A stretch of 64,000 bases of DNA from Blepharisma stoltei ATCC 30299 (lineage: Eukaryota > Protista > Ciliophora), in contig CBFDEM010000011.1 in assembly GCA_965603825.1 (NCBI GenBank), positions 496,001-560,000 on the forward strand. The letters run 5' to 3'. The notes beneath the pieces are model-generated. The model did not search any database. It was not told the DNA's origin and saw only the letters and a program-made list of their open reading frames with translations. Positions 58,729 to 64,000 of this stretch are shown piece by piece (within the stretch, counting starts at the first letter, position 1; each line of letters starts with the position of its first letter). Made by a program: the position numbers and the translations under genes.

Positions 58729-61161
58729 ATGGCAACCCAGAAGATCAGAGTAGCGAACCCTGTTGCAGAGCTTGATGGGGATGAAATGACCAGAATCATT
58801 TGGCAGCTGATTAAAGACAAGCTGATTTTCCCATACCTCGACCTTCCAATTCAATACTTCGACCTTTCCATCCAAAACCGTGATGCCACAAACGATCAGG
58901 TCACGCTAGACTCTGCTAGAGCTATTCTTGACTGCAAAGTTGGAATTAAATGTGCCACAATCACTCCAGATGAAGCCAGAGTAGAAGAGTTCAACCTCAA
59001 AAAGATGTGGAAATCTCCTAATGGAACTATCAGAAATGAGCTTAGAGGAACTGTCTTCAGAGAGCCAATTATTTGCAAGAATGTCCCAAGAATTGTCCCA
59101 GGCTGGAGCAAGCCAATCATCATTGGAAGACACGCCCATGCTGACCAATACAGAGCTACTGATTTCACAGTAGACCGATCTGGAAAATTCGAAGTCGTTT
59201 TCAATCCTAATGACGGCTCAGAAGGCCAAAGATATGAAGTCTTTGCTTTCCAAGGAGCTGGAATTGGGCTAGCAATGTACAACACTGACGAATCAATTGA
59301 AGAGTTCGCAAGATCTTCCTTTGAATACTCCTTAAACAGAGGCTACCCACTCTTCTTATCCACAAAAAACACCATTCTTAAGAAATATGACGGAAGATTC
59401 AAAGACATTTTCCAAGGGATTTATGACAGAGAATATAAGCAAAAATTCCAAGAAAAAGGGATTTATTATGAACACAGACTTATTGACGATATGGTCGCTC
59501 AAGCTATCAAAAGTAACGGCGGGTTTGTATGGGCTTGCAAGAACTATGACGGGGACGTTCAAAGTGACGTTGTAGCTCAAGGATATGGCTCTTTAGGACT
59601 TATGACTAGTGTTTTGGTATCCCCTTCAGGCGCTATTGAAGCTGAAGCTGCTCATGGCACTGTTACAAGACATTATCGACAATGGCAAAAAGGAGAAGAA
59701 ACATCAACAAACCCAGTTGCTTCCATTTTTGCTTGGACTCGTGGACTATTACACAGAGCAAAACTTGATGGGAATGAAGAACTTAAACATTTCTGTGAAA
59801 CCTTAGAAGCCGCAACTATAAAGACAATAGAACTTGGGTTCATGACTAAAGATTTGGCTTTATGCGTCCACGGAAACCAAATGAGAAGAGAGCACTGGCT
59901 TAACACTGAAGAATTTTTCAATAAATTAGCTGAAGTGTTGGCTGCTGAACTAGCAAAGCCTTGCTGTTCTGAAGAAACCAAAGAATGCTGTGAAAAATCC
60001 TGTGAACAGTTTTGCAAAGAGTTCTGTAAGAAGTGCTGTGATGAATACTGTCAAAGCCACAGCAAAGAAGGAAAAGAAGTTTGCCAAGAAGCCTGCTTAA
60101 AGCATTGCTTAGAATCTTGCTTAGAAAGGTGTTGCCAAGAATGCGTGAAGAGTTGTGAAGAATCTGGCAAAGAATCTGGCAAAGAATGCTGTAGAGAAGT
60201 ATGCGAACAAAAATGCAGAGAATGGTGCCAGCAAGTCTGCCAAGAGAATTGTTGCAAGGAAAAAAAGGAATGCTGTGAGAAATCTTGTGAAGAGATTTGC
60301 AAAGAGTTCTGTAGGAAATGTTGTGATGAATTCTGTCAGAGCCACAGCAAAGAAGGAAAAGAAGTTTGCAAAGAAGCCTGCTTAAAGCATTGCTTAGAAT
60401 CTTGCTTAGAAAGGTGCTGCCAAGAATGCGTAAAGAGTTGTGAAGAATCTGGCAAAGAATTCTGCAGAGAAGTATGCGAACAAAAATGCAGAGAATGGTG
60501 TCAGCAAGTCTGCCAAGAGAGGTGTTGTGAGGAAACCAAAGAATGCTGCGAGAAATCCTGTGAAGAGATTTGCAAAGAGTTCTGTAGGAAATGCTGTGAT
60601 GAATTCTGCCAAAGCCACAGCACAGAAGGAAAAGAAGTTTGCAAAGAAGCCTGTTTAAAGCATTGCTTAGAATCTTGTTTAGAAAGATGCTGCCAAGAAT
60701 GCGTAAAGAGTTGTGAAGAATCTGGCAAAGAATTCTGCAGAGAAGTATGCGAACAGAAATGCAGAGAATGGTGTCAACAAGTCTGCCAAGAGAGGTGTTG
60801 TGAGGAAACCAAAGAATGCTGCGAGAAATCCTGTGAAGAGATTTGCAAAGAGTTCTGTAGGAAATGTTGTGATGAATTCTGCCAAAGCCACAGCAAAGAA
60901 GGAAAAGAAGCTTGTCAAGAAGCCTGCTTAAAGCACTGCTTAGAATCTTGCTTAGAAAGATGCTGCCAAGAATGCGTAAAGAGTTGTGAAGAATCTGGAA
61001 AAGAATTCTGCAGAGAAGTATGCGAACAGAAATGCAGAGAATGGTGTCAACAAGTCTGTCAAGAGAATTGTTGCAAGCAAAGAAAGGAATGCAGCGAAGA
61101 AAGTAAAGGAGGCAGCGAAGAAAGCAAAGGATGCTGCGGAGGAAGAAAAGGGTGCTGCTAG
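58729..61161 (+). CDS. IDH: NADP-dependent isocitrate dehydrogenase (IDH1/2 type) with a 399-aa Cys/Glu-rich repeat extension
   Basis: [50 protein letters not shown] and [11 protein letters not shown]; no stop codon before the repeats. Confidence 0.95.
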   Translation: MATQKIRVANPVAELDGDEMTRIIWQLIKDKLIFPYLDLPIQYFDLSIQNRDATNDQVTLDSARAILDCKVGIKCATITPDEARVEEFNLKKMWKSPNGTIRNELRGTVFREPIICKNVPRIVPGWSKPIIIGRHAHADQYRATDFTVDRSGKFEVVFNPNDGSEGQRYEVFAFQGAGIGLAMYNTDESIEEFARSSFEYSLNRGYPLFLSTKNTILKKYDGRFKDIFQGIYDREYKQKFQEKGIYYEHRLIDDMVAQAIKSNGGFVWACKNYDGDVQSDVVAQGYGSLGLMTSVLVSPSGAIEAEAAHGTVTRHYRQWQKGEETSTNPVASIFAWTRGLLHRAKLDGNEELKHFCETLEAATIKTIELGFMTKDLALCVHGNQMRREHWLNTEEFFNKLAEVLAAELAKPCCSEETKECCEKSCEQFCKEFCKKCCDEYCQSHSKEGKEVCQEACLKHCLESCLERCCQECVKSCEESGKESGKECCREVCEQKCREWCQQVCQENCCKEKKECCEKSCEEICKEFCRKCCDEFCQSHSKEGKEVCKEACLKHCLESCLERCCQECVKSCEESGKEFCREVCEQKCREWCQQVCQERCCEETKECCEKSCEEICKEFCRKCCDEFCQSHSTEGKEVCKEACLKHCLESCLERCCQECVKSCEESGKEFCREVCEQKCREWCQQVCQERCCEETKECCEKSCEEICKEFCRKCCDEFCQSHSKEGKEACQEACLKHCLESCLERCCQECVKSCEESGKEFCREVCEQKCREWCQQVCQENCCKQRKECSEESKGGSEESKGCCGGRKGCC
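59962..61068 (+). repeat. Coding tandem repeat: one 288-bp and three 273-bp units (96 and 91 aa, 23-24 Cys each)
   Basis: Units start at 59962, 60250, 60523 and 60796; many differences between units are synonymous. Confidence 0.95.
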
Positions 61162-61236
61162 AAAGGCTTTTAATTAAGGAAAGCAGTTAAATTCTTTAAA
61201 AATGGGTATTTAAGAGGAGGATATGTAGGGATATCA

Positions 61237-61309
61237 GCCCGTCTAGCTCAGTCGGTAGAGCGCCAGCCTTTTAAGCTGGTGGTCGGGGGTTCGAGCCCCC
61301 CGGTGGGCG
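61237..61309 (+). tRNA. tRNA-Lys(UUU)
   Basis: Cloverleaf with acceptor GCCCGTC/GGTGGGC, D-arm AGCTCAGTCGGTAGAGC, anticodon arm CCAGC-CTTTTAA-GCTGG and TTCGAG T-loop; followed by a T6 Pol III terminator. Confidence 0.97.
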
Positions 61310-61367
61310 TTTTTTATGCAAAGGAAGAGAGATGGGGTATTTATTGAGCTACAAAGGAGAAAGTGTA

Positions 61368-61440
61368 GCCCGTTTAGCTCAGTCGGTAGAGCGCCAGCCT
61401 CTTAAGCTGGTGGTCGGGGGTTCGAGCCCCCCAGTGGGCG
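61368..61440 (+). tRNA. tRNA-Lys(CUU)
   Basis: Same cloverleaf with anticodon loop CTCTTAA; followed by T6. Confidence 0.97.
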
Positions 61441-61928
61441 TTTTTTAGTTTTGCATTGTTTTAATGAAGATAAGTAAAAAAGATCTCTGTTTCTATTTAA
61501 TTTTTAATTGAATTAACGGTAAGATGCAAAAAATTTTTAGAAGTCATTTAAATTTTTTTATGTTCTAAGTTTTTATTACAAGCAATTATTTTATAATTTA
61601 TATTAAATAAATTATAATCCTTGAGCTAATTTAGGCAATGAATAAGTATCAGTTAAGAATCATGCAAACAAATTTCATTTTAAAGTGATTATTTTTTATA
61701 TTTTATTTAAGAACACATTTTGCGTTTAGAAAATGATCCTTGAACTCTTTAGATATTCAAACTCAATAAATCTCAAAACCTTGATTCTTAACCTATTTTA
61801 ATACCTCGTAAATCATCATTTTATAAAAAAATGCCACAAAAAAACCAAATTCTTTTCATAAAATAAAATCTAGAAATACCAAGTTTATAAAAAATCCTAT
61901 AAACATAAAATTTTAAGATTATTAAATC

Positions 61929-63365
61929 TTATTTGCAAGCAAGCCCTTTCAACTGACTATAGACTTGCTGGATAACGTCAAGGAATATCATGACTACTCC
62001 ATTCCTAAGTTTGAAATCTACAACAAACGACCCCTCGTGCCTGTAAATGTCTGCTCGCATTTTCAGGTCTTTCCTAGCATCAACTGACTTGACATTCAGA
62101 CTAAAGGCTGATGTGGACTTTCACTCCAGGCCAGCATCACGAAGCGCTAATTGGAGGTTCAACAAAAACTGAGAAGGTGCAAGGGTTGATTTTATCCCAA
62201 ACGCCCAGTTATTCGGATCCTCAACTGCTGGCACGATCTCGGAGGAGTCGCACCTTGACGATGCGATCGTGGACAACTCAGCAGTGGAAACTTCGCACGG
62301 CTCTTGTTTAAATAGAGGGGTATGATTAGCAGTAATATTATACTTTGAGGTACTACCTGATAGCTTTTGGTCTAACAAAATTTCGTAGCATACAACGATG
62401 CTGTCACTTTTTCGCTTCAAAATTCTGTCGCGGGCAAATTTCTTGTCCATCCCTTGTTTGCGAGTTAGGACCAGGGCTTGTTGGAGGATTTCTTCATCTA
62501 TAAGTGGTTCTGAAATTTTATATTTTCTTTTAATGTACACATTTGAACTGAGGTGTTTTGGCACCTTATGAGTCAGCCACGGGTGGCTTTGTATCTGTTG
62601 TATAGTTATTCTAGCAATTGGGTCTGGGTTCAGCATCCTCATAATCAAGTCTTTCACAGGCTCTGAAAAATGATAAGGCATCACGAAGTTCCCACTCTTA
62701 ATCTTTGTGAACAGCGCAGGGATAGACACATCATCAAACGGCAAACTCCCTGCCAACAAGGCAAACAAGACAACGCCAGTACTCCAGACATCGGCTTCAG
62801 GTCCACAATACCGATACCCCGAAATGACTTCAGGCGCAACATAATTGGGTGTTCCACAGGACGTTTTCAAGAAATTCCCGTCAGGCATCAGGTTTGCCAG
62901 TCCAAAGTCAGCTATTTTAACGTTTCCATGAATATCAAGCAGGAGGTTTTCTGGCTTTATATCTCTGTGGGCCACTCTGTGAGAGTGACAATAAGCAAGT
63001 CCAGAAAGGATCTGCTGAATATAGTTGCGTGCCTGCTCTTCATGGAGTTTCCCATACCGATCTATCAAATTGTAAAGCTCACCTCCTGGGAGATACTCGA
63101 GAACTAGGACAAGGCTTTTTGGAGTTTCTATCACTTCATAGAGTCGGATTATATGAGGATGATGGAACAACTTGAGTACTTGAATTTCCCGTTTTACCTT
63201 GGAGACCATATTTTTCTCGAGGATGGCTCGCTTCTTGAGGACCTTGATAGCGACGTTTGTGGAACTCGAAAGATGCTCGGCAACTATTTAGATTTTACGC
63301 TTAACCTGGCCATAAGTACCGTGACCCAAATGGCCTAAGATTCGATAGTTATCGATAGCTGACAT
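61929..63365 (-). CDS. SNF1/AMPK alpha-like kinase, one 15-nt intron
   Basis: LGHGTYGQVKL, REIQVLKLFHHPHIIRLYEVI, HRDIKPEN, DFGLANLMPDGNFLKTSCGTPNY, YCGPEADVWS and a C-terminal WAFGI..W(TGA 62121)K domain. Confidence 0.92.
63284..63298 (-). other. 15-nt spliceosomal intron
   Basis: GTAAAATCTAAATAG; removal gives GQVKLAEHL. Confidence 0.9.
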
Positions 63366-64000
63366 TTATATAATTATAAAGTTTTAATAGATTGAAAGAG
63401 ATTAACAGTTCGTGGGCCTTTCGAGGCCACAAATTGTGGCTAGGAAGAAGATTTAGGGATGAATTAGGGATTTAGGAGAGAAGAAGGCATGGGGTGGAAT
63501 TTGGGTTCAAAATTTGAAGGTTAAAGAAAATTGCGTTTAAAAGAATGATAACATTTGGAGAAGCAAGGTTTTTTGAGGAAAAACGAAAGGAGGTGTTTTA
63601 GAAGGAATTGAGGATTTTAGGAGATTTAAATGCGAGGTTTCAGTTAAAAAATTAGGGATTTTTGAGGGAAATTGCTTTTAGGTGAAATTTAGGTTTCAAA
63701 CTGAATAAATTGCAGATTTCAGAGGAAACAGAGAAGTTGGGCAGATAAAAACTTCTAATTGTTAATTTTTATTTTTTCAAATAAAATATTTTTTTTGCAT
63801 TTTTGAAATTAAAATGTCCAGATCAGTCATTAGACCCAAATTTAGCTTTTCGTCTCGTTTGCTTGCGTGAGAGGGCTTCAGAATGAATTGAGCTACTTAA
63901 GCAGCTGCAAGAAAATTATTAAATATGGCTTGGCTTCGTCGTCACAAAGTGGGAAAATGGCTTGCTTCTGATGACTTTTATTTTTATGATAAAATAAATT

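Noticed and set aside
59962-61068. Tandem repeat as a CRISPR array or a classical metallothionein
   Set aside because: There are no unique spacers and the context is eukaryotic coding sequence; CxxxC periodicity, aromatic residues and helical composition differ from metallothioneins.
59673-61177. Repeated alternative-frame and antisense ORFs (MKNLAKNS..., MALAEFIT...) over the IDH repeat
   Set aside because: These are shadows of the 273-bp coding repeat; the synonymous variation fits the Cys-rich frame.
61237-61440. Functional link between the tRNA-Lys pair and the desulfurase-TtcA fusion
   Set aside because: They are 43 kb apart, eukaryotic genes are not in operons, and bacterial TtcA substrates are Arg/Ser tRNAs.
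7-63365. In-frame TGA codons as selenocysteine or pseudogene stops
   Set aside because: They align with conserved Trp, not Cys, across many unrelated intact genes.

Overview
Gene-dense, AT-rich eukaryotic DNA that reads as a heterotrich ciliate macronuclear contig, most likely Blepharisma-like. TGA sits repeatedly at invariant Trp positions, so UGA = Trp and TAA/TAG are the stops. The introns are 15-16 nt long with a branch A six bases from the 3' end. The supplied ORF track uses TGA as a stop and so fragments many genes; re-read with UGA=Trp and tiny introns removed, the window holds about 38 protein genes. These include ciliary genes (RSPH4/6, DNAAF1-like, CFAP70-like, kinesin-13, Jhy-like), signalling genes (CDPK, PKA-R, SNF1/AMPK, 7TM-RGS, a Venus-flytrap membrane receptor, arrestin-like), and RecQ, CPSF30, RPS20 and two Myb genes. 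There are also two near-identical tRNA-Lys isoacceptors, a decayed IS630/Tc1 transposase and several paralog relics. The most striking items are: (1) an NADP-isocitrate dehydrogenase fused in-frame to four 91-96 aa repeats carrying about 100 cysteines in CxxxC helical register; (2) a single polypeptide joining a cysteine desulfurase, a matrin-type zinc finger and a bacterial-type TtcA tRNA thiolase; (3) a CDPK whose frame is restored only by a non-canonical 16-nt GT-GG splice, unless there is a 1-nt sequence error.
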